Shown here: piece by piece, positions 29,655 through 39,765 of the stretch | Layout of the letters: each line of letters opens with the position of its first letter | Position numbering within the stretch: the first letter of the stretch is position 1 | Virus record (IMG/VR): IMGVR_UViG_2795385957_000001 | DNA from: a virus | Strand: one strand, 5' to 3' | Length of the DNA: 64,000 bases | Notes under the pieces: model-generated | What the model saw: the letters and a program-made list of their open reading frames with translations, nothing else | Told to the model about the DNA's origin: nothing | Database searches by the model: none | Made by a program: the position numbers and the translations under genes

Positions 29655-30350
29655 GTGAACATTGCCGTGCTCATCCCATTCAGAGACCGCGGTAAGGATC
29701 CAAACCGGCCCGCCAATCTGCGGCGCGTCCTGATGGGCATGGAGGGGCTGTATCGCATCCATGTTGTTGATGACGGCCGCTCGGGCTATGAGTCGTTCAA
29801 CCGATCCGCCGCATATAACCGCGGTGCCGACATGGTTGACGCCGACGTACTTATCTACTGCGAATCAGATCTGCTGGTCGACCCCCTCCAGATCCGGGAA
29901 GCGGTCGCGCTGGCTTCGTCGGCGCCAGGTTTAGTCGTTCCGTTCTCACGCTTCATGGCCATCACCCCCGAGGACTCGGTTCGCGTCCGAGACCTTGAGT
30001 TAGAGCCCGAAGAAGCTGTATCGCATCAGGTCCGCGGCGACCGGCAGTCGATCGGTGCCGTCAATGTCGTCTCCCGGGAATCACTCTCACTCATCGGCCA
30101 GTACGACGAGTCGTTTGAGGGTGCTTGGTATGACGATGACGCGATGTGCCGAGCGTTTGAGGTGTGCTGCGGCCCAACCCGCTTCATCGACGGACCGGGA
30201 TATCACCTGTACCACCTGCCCGGCGCCAGCGGTGATCATTTGACCGACGCTGATCGTGCCGCCACTGAACGCAACAAGGCCCGCTACCAGCTGTACCGGC
30301 AGGCGACAACACCTGAACGTATCCGCGAACTCACCGCAGGAGGTGTGTGA
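29655..30350 (+). CDS. Galactosyltransferase-like (GT2/GT7-C) protein
   Basis: VLIPFRDRG, FNRSAAYNRG, YDESFEGAWYDD, YHLYH. Confidence 0.82.
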   Translation: MNIAVLIPFRDRGKDPNRPANLRRVLMGMEGLYRIHVVDDGRSGYESFNRSAAYNRGADMVDADVLIYCESDLLVDPLQIREAVALASSAPGLVVPFSRFMAITPEDSVRVRDLELEPEEAVSHQVRGDRQSIGAVNVVSRESLSLIGQYDESFEGAWYDDDAMCRAFEVCCGPTRFIDGPGYHLYHLPGASGDHLTDADRAATERNKARYQLYRQATTPERIRELTAGGV

Positions 30351-30595
30351 TGGCTGAGCACCTCATCACCGGCCCTGATGGCACTCAGTACACCTTGTTG
30401 GAGTGGGTGAACTCCCACATCGTCGGAACGTTCGAGCAGATGCTCCCCGGCGGCAAGACCCGCAAGGGCGGCGCCTGCTCCTGCGGGTGGCGCACTCCAC
30501 CTTTCGATCCTGTCGGTGATCGCGCTAAAGCGATGGCCGATGAACATAAGCGTCTAGAAGACCTCGCTGATGAGATGCGAAGGGAGAACGGTTAA
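30350..30595 (+). CDS. Hypothetical protein
   Basis: CSCGW motif; coupled on both sides. Confidence 0.6.
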   Translation: MAEHLITGPDGTQYTLLEWVNSHIVGTFEQMLPGGKTRKGGACSCGWRTPPFDPVGDRAKAMADEHKRLEDLADEMRRENG

Positions 30596-31011
30596 TGGCA
30601 GCCTTTGTGTACTTCACTGTGGCCGACACCTATCAGGCCATCGTCTCTGACGGGTCCGATGACGGTAATGAGCCGGATCTGAAGATGATTTCCGGCACTG
30701 TCACTTTCACCCCATCGGTGAAGGAAGTGCTGGCCACCATCTCCGATATCCCCACCACGGTGCGTTTGGGGCCGATCATCGGACGCATCGAGGAAGACGG
30801 CGTCCTCAAGACCCTCGATTCCACCCCAGGAGTAAAGCTGCTCGCCAACACCGAAGCCATCGGGCCACTACCTGAGCTGACGTATCGGGTGGACTTCACG
30901 AACGTCGTCTACAACCGCAAGACCAACCAGCGCATCGAACCGTTCCGGTTTGCCGCTGCAACAAGCGCCGTCACGCTGCGCTTGTCTTCGGTTGAACGCC
31001 TGCCGCTCTGA
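30595..31011 (+). CDS. Beta-rich hypothetical protein resembling N-termini of mycobacteriophage structural proteins
   Basis: GTVTFTP, GVKLLANT, LTYRVDF motifs. Confidence 0.6.
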   Translation: MAAFVYFTVADTYQAIVSDGSDDGNEPDLKMISGTVTFTPSVKEVLATISDIPTTVRLGPIIGRIEEDGVLKTLDSTPGVKLLANTEAIGPLPELTYRVDFTNVVYNRKTNQRIEPFRFAAATSAVTLRLSSVERLPL

Positions 31012-31018
31012 GGCTGCA

Positions 31019-31267
31019 ATGAGCGCGGAAACTCTCGCGGCGGTCGAAGCTGCATTGAGGGCGCATATCGCTGACGTAGATGGCGCCAACCATGTTCTGA
31101 CCGACTGGTTCATTGGCTACGGAACAATGAGCCATGACCCCGATGTGGATAGTGGGATTGGGTACACAAACGCCTACCTAACGTCAGATACATCGCCTCA
31201 GGGTGTCATCGGCGTGGCGCATATTGCACTGTCGATCCTCAGTGGCGATCTCGACAGCCGTGACTGA
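31019..31267 (+). CDS. Hypothetical protein
   Basis: 82 aa ORF. Confidence 0.6.
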   Translation: MSAETLAAVEAALRAHIADVDGANHVLTDWFIGYGTMSHDPDVDSGIGYTNAYLTSDTSPQGVIGVAHIALSILSGDLDSRD

Positions 31268-31895
31268 CTACCGCATCGGCATAGTGGCCCACAACAAGCG
31301 GGCCGCTTCTGCTCATGAGTTGATGGAAGCTACTGGTGCAGCGTTCCTGTCGTTAGACAACGGATCTAAGGGCTGTAACGGCAATCATCGCCACGTACTT
31401 GAGTGGCTATCTACCAGCCCTACTGAGTGGGTAGTGGTGCTCGAGGATGACGCGCAGCCTGTAGATGACTTCCGCACACAGCTCGAGGCGGCACTCACCG
31501 CGGCCCCTTGTGACATCGTGTCCCTGTATTTGGGTACCAACTATCCGCGTCTATGGCAGCGCGCCATACAACGTGCCACAACCCAAGCCGACCAAACTGA
31601 TTCACCCTGGCTGGTATCCGAGCATCTGCTGCACGCAGTTGGGTATTGCATCCGCACCACCCTGGTACCTGACCTCCTTGAGGCTCTGCCCGAGATGCCT
31701 ATCGATGACGCCATCACCACATGGGCCAGAGACCAAGAGCACCGCATCACCTACACATGGCCAAGTCTTATAGATCATGAGGACGCAGACACCTTGATCT
31801 CCAAGCGCCCAACACGTAACGCCCCACGCAAAGCCCACCGCACAGGCACACGCACCCAATGGGCTGGACCCACAACAGAGCTGGAGTACTGCTGA
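31260..31895 (+). CDS. Glycosyltransferase (GT25-like)
   Basis: GC..NH, VVLEDDA, VSLYLG, HAVGY, PIDDAI, PSLIDH.D. Confidence 0.78.
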   Translation: MTDYRIGIVAHNKRAASAHELMEATGAAFLSLDNGSKGCNGNHRHVLEWLSTSPTEWVVVLEDDAQPVDDFRTQLEAALTAAPCDIVSLYLGTNYPRLWQRAIQRATTQADQTDSPWLVSEHLLHAVGYCIRTTLVPDLLEALPEMPIDDAITTWARDQEHRITYTWPSLIDHEDADTLISKRPTRNAPRKAHRTGTRTQWAGPTTELEYC

Positions 31896-32066
31896 TGCCC
31901 GCCATTGGTTGTAAGTGTGGAGACTGCACACAACTGGATGTAGTCCGCGACTGGTGGTGGTGGAACATCTTCCAACGCTGGATCACATACCGATACGAGC
32001 GACGCAATAGACGTACGCATACCAAGTATCGATGGGGCTTCTACTGCCGATGACACGGGACAGCTG

Positions 32067-32465
32067 ATGCCCAGAGCCCCTAAGGTCTGCTCCCACAAGG
32101 ACTGCACCGAGCTAGTGCACGGCGACACCCGCTGCCCCCAACACAAGACCCACCGATGGGGCAAGGGCGACCCACGAACCACCGACCCGCGACACAAGGC
32201 GTGGCGCAAGACCGTACTAGACCGCGACCACTGGCGATGCCAAATCCGTTACCCCGGATGCATAGGCGAAGCCACAATCGCCGACCACATCCTCGCCGTC
32301 AAACTCGGCGGCGCAGAGCATGACATACAGAACGGCCAAGCAGCCTGTCGACCCTGTAGCGACAAGAAGAGTTCAGACGAAGGCCACAAGGCCGCAGGAC
32401 ACACCGTCAGGCCCCGAGAACAGGACCCCACCCCCCACCCCCAGCGCCCGAATTCAAGGCCGTAA
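32067..32465 (+). CDS. Packaging-associated HNH endonuclease
   Basis: VLDRD...CQ...C...AT.ADHI...GG...N.QA.C..C..KK, directly upstream of the small terminase. Confidence 0.88.
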   Translation: MPRAPKVCSHKDCTELVHGDTRCPQHKTHRWGKGDPRTTDPRHKAWRKTVLDRDHWRCQIRYPGCIGEATIADHILAVKLGGAEHDIQNGQAACRPCSDKKSSDEGHKAAGHTVRPREQDPTPHPQRPNSRP

Positions 32466-32545
32466 TTCCGTGAATTCGGTCTGTACGGGTTCCCCAGCTT
32501 TTCCGGCCCCGAAACGGGGCGCCCAAGTCCCGAAACGGGAGGTTA

Positions 32546-33004
32546 ATGATGCCTGGACCCACTAAGAAAGATCCGAGTCTGGTTGCTCGGCGCAATAAGA
32601 CGACGACCAGGGCTGTTTTGTCTGCCGATCACGACATTGAAGCGCCCGAGCTCCCTGCGGAGATCGCGTGGCATTCGATGACGAAGCGTTGGTGGGCTGA
32701 TATTTGGTCGTCGCCGATGGCTCCCGAGTACACGGAGTCGGACATCAACGGGTTGTTGCGCGTGGCGATGCTGTACAACGACTTTTGGTTGGCGGAGACA
32801 GCGAAAGAGCGGGCTGAGATTCAGGTTCGGCTCGAGAAGGCCGATGTCGACTACGGCACAAACCCGATGGCCCGCCGCCGGCTGGAATGGCAGATCGAGC
32901 AGTCGGAGGATTCGAAGGCAAAGGGACAGAAGCGCCGCGGCGTCCCCAACCCCGCCCCGATGCCAGAACCCGACTCCGATCCGCGGCTCAAGCTAGTCCA
33001 ATAG
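32546..33004 (+). CDS. Terminase small subunit
   Basis: PGP..K, W...W.SP.A, G.NP.ARRRLEW; position before the large subunit. Confidence 0.85.
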   Translation: MMPGPTKKDPSLVARRNKTTTRAVLSADHDIEAPELPAEIAWHSMTKRWWADIWSSPMAPEYTESDINGLLRVAMLYNDFWLAETAKERAEIQVRLEKADVDYGTNPMARRRLEWQIEQSEDSKAKGQKRRGVPNPAPMPEPDSDPRLKLVQ

Positions 33005-33011
33005 TCCCGCC

Positions 33012-34664
33012 ATGGCGGTTCTGATTGTTCCGCCGCTCGACCTGTCCTACCCGACACTGGGGCCGCAGGTCTGCCAGTTCATCGAAGAGCGGATGGTGTT
33101 CGGCCCCGGATCCCTATCGGGGCAGTCGGCACGACTCGATGACGAGAAGCGCGGCATCATCTACCGCCTCTACGAGATCTACCCGCAAGGGCACCGGCTT
33201 GCGGGGCGGCGCAGGTTTCAGCGCGGAGCCATTGAGGTGCGTAAGGGGCTGGCGAAAACCGAGCTAGCCGCCTGGATCTCTGGCTGTGAGCTGCACCCCG
33301 AGGCTCCGGTCCGGTGCGACGGGTTCGACGCCCATGGGAATCCGGTCGGCCGGCCAGTGGAGTCGCCCGTCATTCCGATGATGGCGGTCACCGAAGAGCA
33401 GGTGGAAGAGCTCGCGTACGGCGTGCTCAAGTATGTGCTCGAAAATGGACCTGACGCGGAACTGTTCGTGATCACTAAAGAGAAGATCATCCGAAAGGGC
33501 TGGAACGGAACCGAAGACGGCTTTGTCGTCGCGGTATCCAACGCCCCCGGCTCCCGAGATGGTGCACGAACCACCTTCCAGCACTTCGACGAACCACACC
33601 GACTGTTCATGCAGCGGATGCGGGACGCGCACGAAACGATGCTCCAGAACATGCCGAAGCGGCCCCTCGAGGATCCGTGGACGCTGTACACCTCCACCGC
33701 CGGGCAGCCGGGGCAGAACAGCATCGAAGAGGATGTTCTCGCCGAAGCGGAAGCTATCGACAAAGGTGAGGTTGACGACCCCAGCCTGTTCTTCTTCCGC
33801 CGATGGGCTGGTGATGAACACCGCGACCTATCCACTGTGGAGAACCGGATCGCAGCCGTCGCAGACGCCACCGGCCCCGTAGGGGAGTGGGGCGTCGGCC
33901 AGTTTGAGCGGATTGCAAAGGACTACGACCGCAAGGGCATCGACAAAGCCTACTGGGAACGGGTGTGGCTGAATCGGTGGCGTAAATCTGGCTACCAAGC
34001 GTTCGACATGCTCAAGGTCGAATCCCTGCGCTTCGAGGATGAAGGCAAACCGTGGGGTCCGATACCGGACGGCGCGTTCGTCACCGCGGGTTTTGATGGC
34101 GCCCGATTCCGCGGATCCACCGCGCTGACCATCACGGATATCGAGACTGGGCGGCAGATGCTCCTGGGCTGCTGGGAGCGACCTGAAAACGCTGAGGACT
34201 GGGAAGTCCCAGAGGACGAGGTCACCGACCTAGTCACGGACATGATGTCCCGATATGAGGTGTGGCGCCTCTACTGCGACCCGCCCCACTGGACAGAAAC
34301 GGTCGCTTCATGGGCGGCCCGATTCCCCGATCAAGTTGTCGAGTGGTTCACCCAACGGAAAACGCCTATGGCTGCCGCGGTTAGGGCGTATGTCGAGGCT
34401 ATCGATTCAGGGATCGTCACTTACGGCGAAAATGCCTGGCAAGACAAGCTGATTAAGCACATGGGAAACGCTGGCAGGCACGAGTTGAAGCTCCTTGACG
34501 ACCAGGGAGCGCCGCTGTGGATCCTCCAGAAGCAAGACGGGCGCCTCGAGGACAAGTTCGACGCAGCAATGTCCGCGGTCCTTTCCTGGACAGCCTGTGT
34601 CGATGCTCGACGATCCGGGGCTAAGCCGAGACCGAAATCTTATGTGCCGAGGCGCATCTACTAA
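33012..34664 (+). CDS. Terminase large subunit
   Basis: RKGLAKTE, FDEPH, TSTAG, GFDG, DKFDAAM. Confidence 0.93.
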   Translation: MAVLIVPPLDLSYPTLGPQVCQFIEERMVFGPGSLSGQSARLDDEKRGIIYRLYEIYPQGHRLAGRRRFQRGAIEVRKGLAKTELAAWISGCELHPEAPVRCDGFDAHGNPVGRPVESPVIPMMAVTEEQVEELAYGVLKYVLENGPDAELFVITKEKIIRKGWNGTEDGFVVAVSNAPGSRDGARTTFQHFDEPHRLFMQRMRDAHETMLQNMPKRPLEDPWTLYTSTAGQPGQNSIEEDVLAEAEAIDKGEVDDPSLFFFRRWAGDEHRDLSTVENRIAAVADATGPVGEWGVGQFERIAKDYDRKGIDKAYWERVWLNRWRKSGYQAFDMLKVESLRFEDEGKPWGPIPDGAFVTAGFDGARFRGSTALTITDIETGRQMLLGCWERPENAEDWEVPEDEVTDLVTDMMSRYEVWRLYCDPPHWTETVASWAARFPDQVVEWFTQRKTPMAAAVRAYVEAIDSGIVTYGENAWQDKLIKHMGNAGRHELKLLDDQGAPLWILQKQDGRLEDKFDAAMSAVLSWTACVDARRSGAKPRPKSYVPRRIY

Positions 34665-34682
34665 ATGACAGAAGGGAGTCCC

Positions 34683-36047
34683 ATGGCGTCTACACCAGAA
34701 GAATGGCTCCCCATCCTGACCAAGCGCATCGATGACAACATGCCGCGAGTCCGGCTCCTGGACCGGTATGTGTCCGGTGACGCTCCGCTACCGGAGCAGT
34801 CGAAGAACACAAAAGCATCCTGGAAAGCGTTCCAGAAGATGTCCCGCACCAACTGGGGCATGCTGATACGGGACTCTGTTTCTGATCGCATCGTGCCGAA
34901 CGGAATCACGGTTGATGGTTCCGCGGACTCTGCGATCGCTAAGCAGGCGCAACGCATCTACCGCGATAACCGTATGGATGCCGTTGTGCGGCAGTGGCTC
35001 GACTACGGGCTGACATTCCGCGATTCATACCTGACCTGCTGGCAGGGCAATGACCGCCAGGCGATAATCACCGCCGATTCCCCCGAAACCATGTATGCCG
35101 CAGTAGATCCGCTGCAGCCATGGCGAGTACGTGCCGCGATCCGCTACTGGCGTGACATAGATGAAGAGAAAGACTTTGCGTTCGTTTGGGTGAACGGTGC
35201 GCGCCAGAAGTTCTCGCGCCCCTGCTACGTGCAGAACATCAACTCCAAGCGCCTCATGACCAGAATCTCGGGCGGTTGGGAGCCGGAAACCGACCTGATC
35301 GAGACTGACGGCGCCCCACCTGTAGTTGTGTACACCAACCCAGGCGGAGCGGGGGTTTTCGAAACCCACATAGATCTCATCAACCGCATCAACTCCGGCG
35401 TCCTTCAGCGCTTGTCGACGATGGCGATGCAAGCGTTCCGTCAGCGCGCCCTAAAGAAGGAGGGCGACAAGCCCCTACCGGCGGTCGATGAAAAAGGAAA
35501 CGCCATCGACTACGCAGCCATCTTTGAACCGGCCCCCGGCGCGTTGTGGGATCTCCCCCCAGGTGTCGACATTTGGGAGTCCGAGACAACCGACGTGAAT
35601 CCCATGCTAGCCGCGTCGAAAGAAGACATCAGGCAGCTCTCAGCCGCCACGAAAACGCCGCTGCCAATGTTGATGCCCGATAGCGCGAATCAGTCGGCAG
35701 AGGGCGCGATGAACACCGAGAAGGGCTTCATCTTCAAGTGTGAAGCATGCCTAGCGGTAGTGAAACTCGGCCTGGAAGCCATCATTGTTAAGGCGCTGGA
35801 GACCGAAGGTGTCGATAACGTCGGCAACGTAGAGGTGTCATTCGAGGCACCAGCCCGCGTGACCCTGTCCGAAAAGTACTCTGCCGCAGCACAAGCGTCG
35901 GCGGCAGGGGAGTCGTGGGGCTCTATCGCGCGAAACATCCTCAAGTACTCACCCGATCAGATTGCGCAAGATGAAAAGGACCGGGCCAAGGAAGCGGCGA
36001 TGGCGCCACAAGTAGCGCCGCCCGCTCCGCAAGACTTCCCCCAGTAG
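34683..36047 (+). CDS. Portal protein
   Basis: TNWG.LI, SANQSAEG; follows the terminase; about 454 aa. Confidence 0.9.
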   Translation: MASTPEEWLPILTKRIDDNMPRVRLLDRYVSGDAPLPEQSKNTKASWKAFQKMSRTNWGMLIRDSVSDRIVPNGITVDGSADSAIAKQAQRIYRDNRMDAVVRQWLDYGLTFRDSYLTCWQGNDRQAIITADSPETMYAAVDPLQPWRVRAAIRYWRDIDEEKDFAFVWVNGARQKFSRPCYVQNINSKRLMTRISGGWEPETDLIETDGAPPVVVYTNPGGAGVFETHIDLINRINSGVLQRLSTMAMQAFRQRALKKEGDKPLPAVDEKGNAIDYAAIFEPAPGALWDLPPGVDIWESETTDVNPMLAASKEDIRQLSAATKTPLPMLMPDSANQSAEGAMNTEKGFIFKCEACLAVVKLGLEAIIVKALETEGVDNVGNVEVSFEAPARVTLSEKYSAAAQASAAGESWGSIARNILKYSPDQIAQDEKDRAKEAAMAPQVAPPAPQDFPQ

Positions 36048-36097
36048 GGGGTTCGCCCGTACGGGCGCCACCAATGCGAAACGCAAAGGAATTTCAC

Positions 36098-36718
36098 ATG
36101 TCTGATGTGACCCCGAATGACATGCCGGGAGCCGTAACGGAACCGGGCGAACCAGAAGGAACCGTAGACGCCATCAAGGCGCCGAAATCCGAAGCCAAAA
36201 CCGATGGTTTGACCGCCGAGGAACGGCAAGAGCTGGACAGACTTCGCGCCACCCGCGTTGAGGAACGACGCTGGGAAAAACGCGCGAAGGAGAACTACGA
36301 CGACGCCACCAAGTGGCGCGAGCTCATCGAGAAGAGCGGCGGAGACAAGAAAGAGTTCGACCCCAGGGCCGAAATCGACAAGATCCGAGCCGAACTGACC
36401 ACTGAACGCACCGAACGGTTGCGATCAGAGGTCGCCAGAATCACCGGAGTTGACCCTGAGGACATCAAGGGTGGCACCGAAGAAGAGATGCGCGATTCTG
36501 CCGAACGGTGGAAGACGCGTTTCAATGCTCGACTCGAAGAAGCGATCAAGTCGAAGTCCGCACCGGCGGCAGCGCCGGCAGCCGAGGTTACTTCAGACAA
36601 GAAAGTCACCGGTCCCAAGCAGTTGACCCGTGACGAACTCAAAAACATGACCCGTCAGCAACGCCTCGAAGCCTACAAGGCTGGACAGGCTGACGAGCTG
36701 ATGGGGCGAATCGACTGA
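36098..36718 (+). CDS. Capsid scaffolding protein
   Basis: Charged coiled-coil, RRWEKRAKEN; directly before the capsid gene. Confidence 0.85.
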   Translation: MSDVTPNDMPGAVTEPGEPEGTVDAIKAPKSEAKTDGLTAEERQELDRLRATRVEERRWEKRAKENYDDATKWRELIEKSGGDKKEFDPRAEIDKIRAELTTERTERLRSEVARITGVDPEDIKGGTEEEMRDSAERWKTRFNARLEEAIKSKSAPAAAPAAEVTSDKKVTGPKQLTRDELKNMTRQQRLEAYKAGQADELMGRID

Positions 36719-36733
36719 AAGGAGCCATAAATC

Positions 36734-37564
36734 ATGGCCGCTGACAATTTCATTCCCGAAATCTGGTCGGACTTCATCCTTGAGCGCTACATCGCCAAGA
36801 ATGTCTTCGCCGCCCTCCTGGATCGCAAGTACGAAGGTGACGCCACCAAGGGCAACACCATTCACGTACCTGGCGTGGTCGCCCCCGCGGTCAAGGACTA
36901 CAAGGCTAATAGCCGCACCACCACGGCAGACGCCATCACCGACACCGGCATCGACATCCTCATTGACCAGGAGAAGAACTTCCACTTCTATGTCGATGAC
37001 ATCGATGACGCGCAGGCTAACCATGGCCTGCTGCCGCTGTACACCGACGCCGCAGGCGATTCGCTGGCAGCGGATGCCGACGAGTTCATCGCGGACATGT
37101 TGGTGGCCAACGCTACTGGTATGCCGTGGTCGTCCAACCCAACCACTGGTGATGGCGCGTTCAACGTAGTCAAGGATGCCCGCAAGCTGATGAACAAGGC
37201 CAATGTCCCCGACGACGGCCTGCGGGTTGCGGTTGTGAATGCCGAGTTCGAAGCCCTGCTCTTGGGGGCGGATTCGAAGCTGACCAGCTTCGATACTTCC
37301 GGCGACACGGCGGGTCTGCGCAGCGCCACTGTTGGAAAGTTGCTCGGCTACCGTGTGGTGACCTCGAACAACCTGCCCGAGTCCGACTCGCCGCAGGCCG
37401 TGTTCTTTCATCAGCGTGCCGCGGCGTTCGTGTCCCAGATCGACAAGGTTGAGGGATACCGTTCGCACAACAAGTTCGCCGATGAGGTTCGTGGCCTTCA
37501 CGTGTACGGCGGCAAGGTCGTCAAGGCCCCCGGCGTACTCGTCTTCAACCGGGCCGGCAGCTAG
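36734..37564 (+). CDS. Major capsid protein
   Basis: FIPEIWS, GNTIH.P, IDQEK, VRGLHVYGGKV. Confidence 0.92.
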   Translation: MAADNFIPEIWSDFILERYIAKNVFAALLDRKYEGDATKGNTIHVPGVVAPAVKDYKANSRTTTADAITDTGIDILIDQEKNFHFYVDDIDDAQANHGLLPLYTDAAGDSLAADADEFIADMLVANATGMPWSSNPTTGDGAFNVVKDARKLMNKANVPDDGLRVAVVNAEFEALLLGADSKLTSFDTSGDTAGLRSATVGKLLGYRVVTSNNLPESDSPQAVFFHQRAAAFVSQIDKVEGYRSHNKFADEVRGLHVYGGKVVKAPGVLVFNRAGS

Positions 37565-38136
37565 TGCTGGCATCTCCCGCTGACGTCGCCCACGCCCTAG
37601 GGCTGGACGATGAGAACGAGCTCACCGCCTCCCAGCAGGCCCGTGTCGAGGGTCTGCTGGAGAGGGTGTCTCGAAGGTTTCAGCGGGAGGCCGGACGAAC
37701 CCTGACCGCAGGGGCGGTGACCGTGCGTGCACTCACAGTGGAGGGCCGGGTACATCTACCGGACCCACCGTCTGGAGACACTGTTACGGTCACCGACCTC
37801 TGTGGGAACACGCTCGAAGGCGTCATCGAGGGCGACTACGTAGATGTCACCCGCAACGGGTGCCCTGTCGCCACGGGTGAGATCCTTGTCGTCGAATACA
37901 CCCGAGATGAGCCGCCCCAGGCCGCAATAGATGCGGTAGCGGCGATCGTCGCGCGCCACCTCACGGTGGAACCCGGTTCACCCGAATCGAAGTCCACCGA
38001 CCTCACCGCGGGCGCGGATTTTCGGCAGCGTCTTGCCGACTGGGTGTCTGACACATCCTTGTTCACCGACGAGGAACTAGCGGAGGCGAGAAGCTACCGC
38101 TACCCCGTCCCTAATGTGATCATCCACCGCCTGTGA
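37564..38136 (+). CDS. Head-to-tail adaptor
   Basis: MLAS.ADV..ALG start; synteny. Confidence 0.78.
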   Translation: MLASPADVAHALGLDDENELTASQQARVEGLLERVSRRFQREAGRTLTAGAVTVRALTVEGRVHLPDPPSGDTVTVTDLCGNTLEGVIEGDYVDVTRNGCPVATGEILVVEYTRDEPPQAAIDAVAAIVARHLTVEPGSPESKSTDLTAGADFRQRLADWVSDTSLFTDEELAEARSYRYPVPNVIIHRL

Positions 38137-38468
38137 CCTTCGAATCACTGGCCAGGATCCCGGTCACGTACACCCCCTACTTGGGTGTCACCCAGGATGC
38201 GCTAGGGAACGATGTTCCCTCATTCGGCCCCACAGTGGACCTGAAGGCGTACTCGTATGCCCCGCACCGCACCGAAGACACGGACGGGCACACCTCGCGC
38301 GATATCGCAGAAGTCGATCTAGCCATGCCCCCCATGACCGTTGATCTGATGTCCCGATTCGGGATCAACGGGAAAACCTACGAGGTGGTAGGTGAACGCG
38401 ACGAAACAGGCGGATTCCACGGCTGGAAGCCAGGAATCATCGTCGAGCTGAAAAGGGTGACCGGATAG
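38133..38468 (+). CDS. Head-to-tail stopper
   Basis: D..GN, YEVVG, V.LKRVTG. Confidence 0.78.
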   Translation: MTFESLARIPVTYTPYLGVTQDALGNDVPSFGPTVDLKAYSYAPHRTEDTDGHTSRDIAEVDLAMPPMTVDLMSRFGINGKTYEVVGERDETGGFHGWKPGIIVELKRVTG

Positions 38469-38734
38469 TGGCCCAGTTCAGGCTGAATCGCAAAGCGCAG
38501 AGCGAATTGACGAAGGAAATCGTCGAAAACGTGTGTGTTCCCATGATGCAGCGGGTCGCTGACGCCTGCAACCAAGAAGCGGGACTGGAAGACGGTTTCC
38601 GCGTCTCGGTAGAAGGCGATGATCCTTTGGATAAGCGCGACTACCGGGCAACAACTATCGCCGCAACGGCAGAGGCCATCCGGTACGACCACAAACACGA
38701 CGCACTGCTACACAACTTCGGCGAGGCTGGCTAA
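38468..38734 (+). CDS. Neck/tail completion protein
   Basis: Synteny, 88 aa. Confidence 0.65.
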   Translation: MAQFRLNRKAQSELTKEIVENVCVPMMQRVADACNQEAGLEDGFRVSVEGDDPLDKRDYRATTIAATAEAIRYDHKHDALLHNFGEAG

Positions 38735-39111
38735 TGTTCGCCTACCACGCCCAAGTGGTCAGGGACTGGCTAAGCGAAAACATGCCGGTTCGGGTCACGA
38801 CGGATGTGCCGAAAACGCGCCCAGCGCAGCTGATCACAATCGATTCAGCGCCAATCTCTAGCGGATATTCGGGAACCAAAGCCCGCGTACTCGCACGGCG
38901 CCGCCTGATCATCTACTCGTGGGGCGCCAACGAACTGGACGCCTACAACCTGATCGAGCAGACGCGTGAATGGCTCCTCAAACTCCCCGGCAAGGGCCGC
39001 GGAGTGCACGCTGTAGACATCGCAGGGGAACCTGCCCGCCGCGATGACATCGAAAGCGAAACGCGACGGTTCGTGATGACCGTCGATGTAGTAATGCGTT
39101 CAAATCCCTGA
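38734..39111 (+). CDS. Tail terminator
   Basis: V.T.VP..RP motif; position before the major tail gene. Confidence 0.75.
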   Translation: MFAYHAQVVRDWLSENMPVRVTTDVPKTRPAQLITIDSAPISSGYSGTKARVLARRRLIIYSWGANELDAYNLIEQTREWLLKLPGKGRGVHAVDIAGEPARRDDIESETRRFVMTVDVVMRSNP

Positions 39112-39177
39112 ATTTACAACTAAATACACCCTTTCAAAGGCTCGGCTGCACCGATCTGCTTCTGAAAGGGGCACATC

Positions 39178-39765
39178 ATGGCTGAAGAAGTCGGCAACGT
39201 TTTCGCCGCAGAGCCGTCCGCCGCTGGGGCCGCGTTCGTCGCCCCGCTCGGAACTACCCTCCCAACCAGTGTCGACGGAGTGCTCGATGCCGCGTTCGTC
39301 GGTCTTGGGTATGTCGGCGAGGACGGTATCACTGAAACATCGGAGCGGTCCACCGATGAGAAGAAAGACATGGGTGGCCGCATCGTCAAGGTGCTGCAGA
39401 CCGAGTACAACCACTCGTTCAAGTTCGTCCTCCTGGAATCGCTGAATGCCGATGTCCTCAAGGCGATCTACGGTGCTTCAAACGTCACCGTTACCCCCGC
39501 TGACGGTACTCACGGCACCCAGGTGAAGGTCCGCAAGACCAGCAAGAAGCTGCCCCACCAGACGTGGGTGTTCGACACCATCGACTCGGAGCTGTCCGCG
39601 AAGTACCGCAACTGCGTGGCTGACGGCCAGGTCATCTCTGTTGGTGATGTGACCTTGGCTAGCAAGGACACCATCGAATACGAGGTGGAACTGAAGGTAT
39701 TCGAGTCGTCCACTGGCGAGTACGTGACCACGTACACCGACGACGGACGGATCGCGGGCTCCTAA
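39178..39765 (+). CDS. Major tail protein
   Basis: APLGTTLPT, LGYVGEDG, F.LLES. Confidence 0.9.
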   Translation: MAEEVGNVFAAEPSAAGAAFVAPLGTTLPTSVDGVLDAAFVGLGYVGEDGITETSERSTDEKKDMGGRIVKVLQTEYNHSFKFVLLESLNADVLKAIYGASNVTVTPADGTHGTQVKVRKTSKKLPHQTWVFDTIDSELSAKYRNCVADGQVISVGDVTLASKDTIEYEVELKVFESSTGEYVTTYTDDGRIAGS

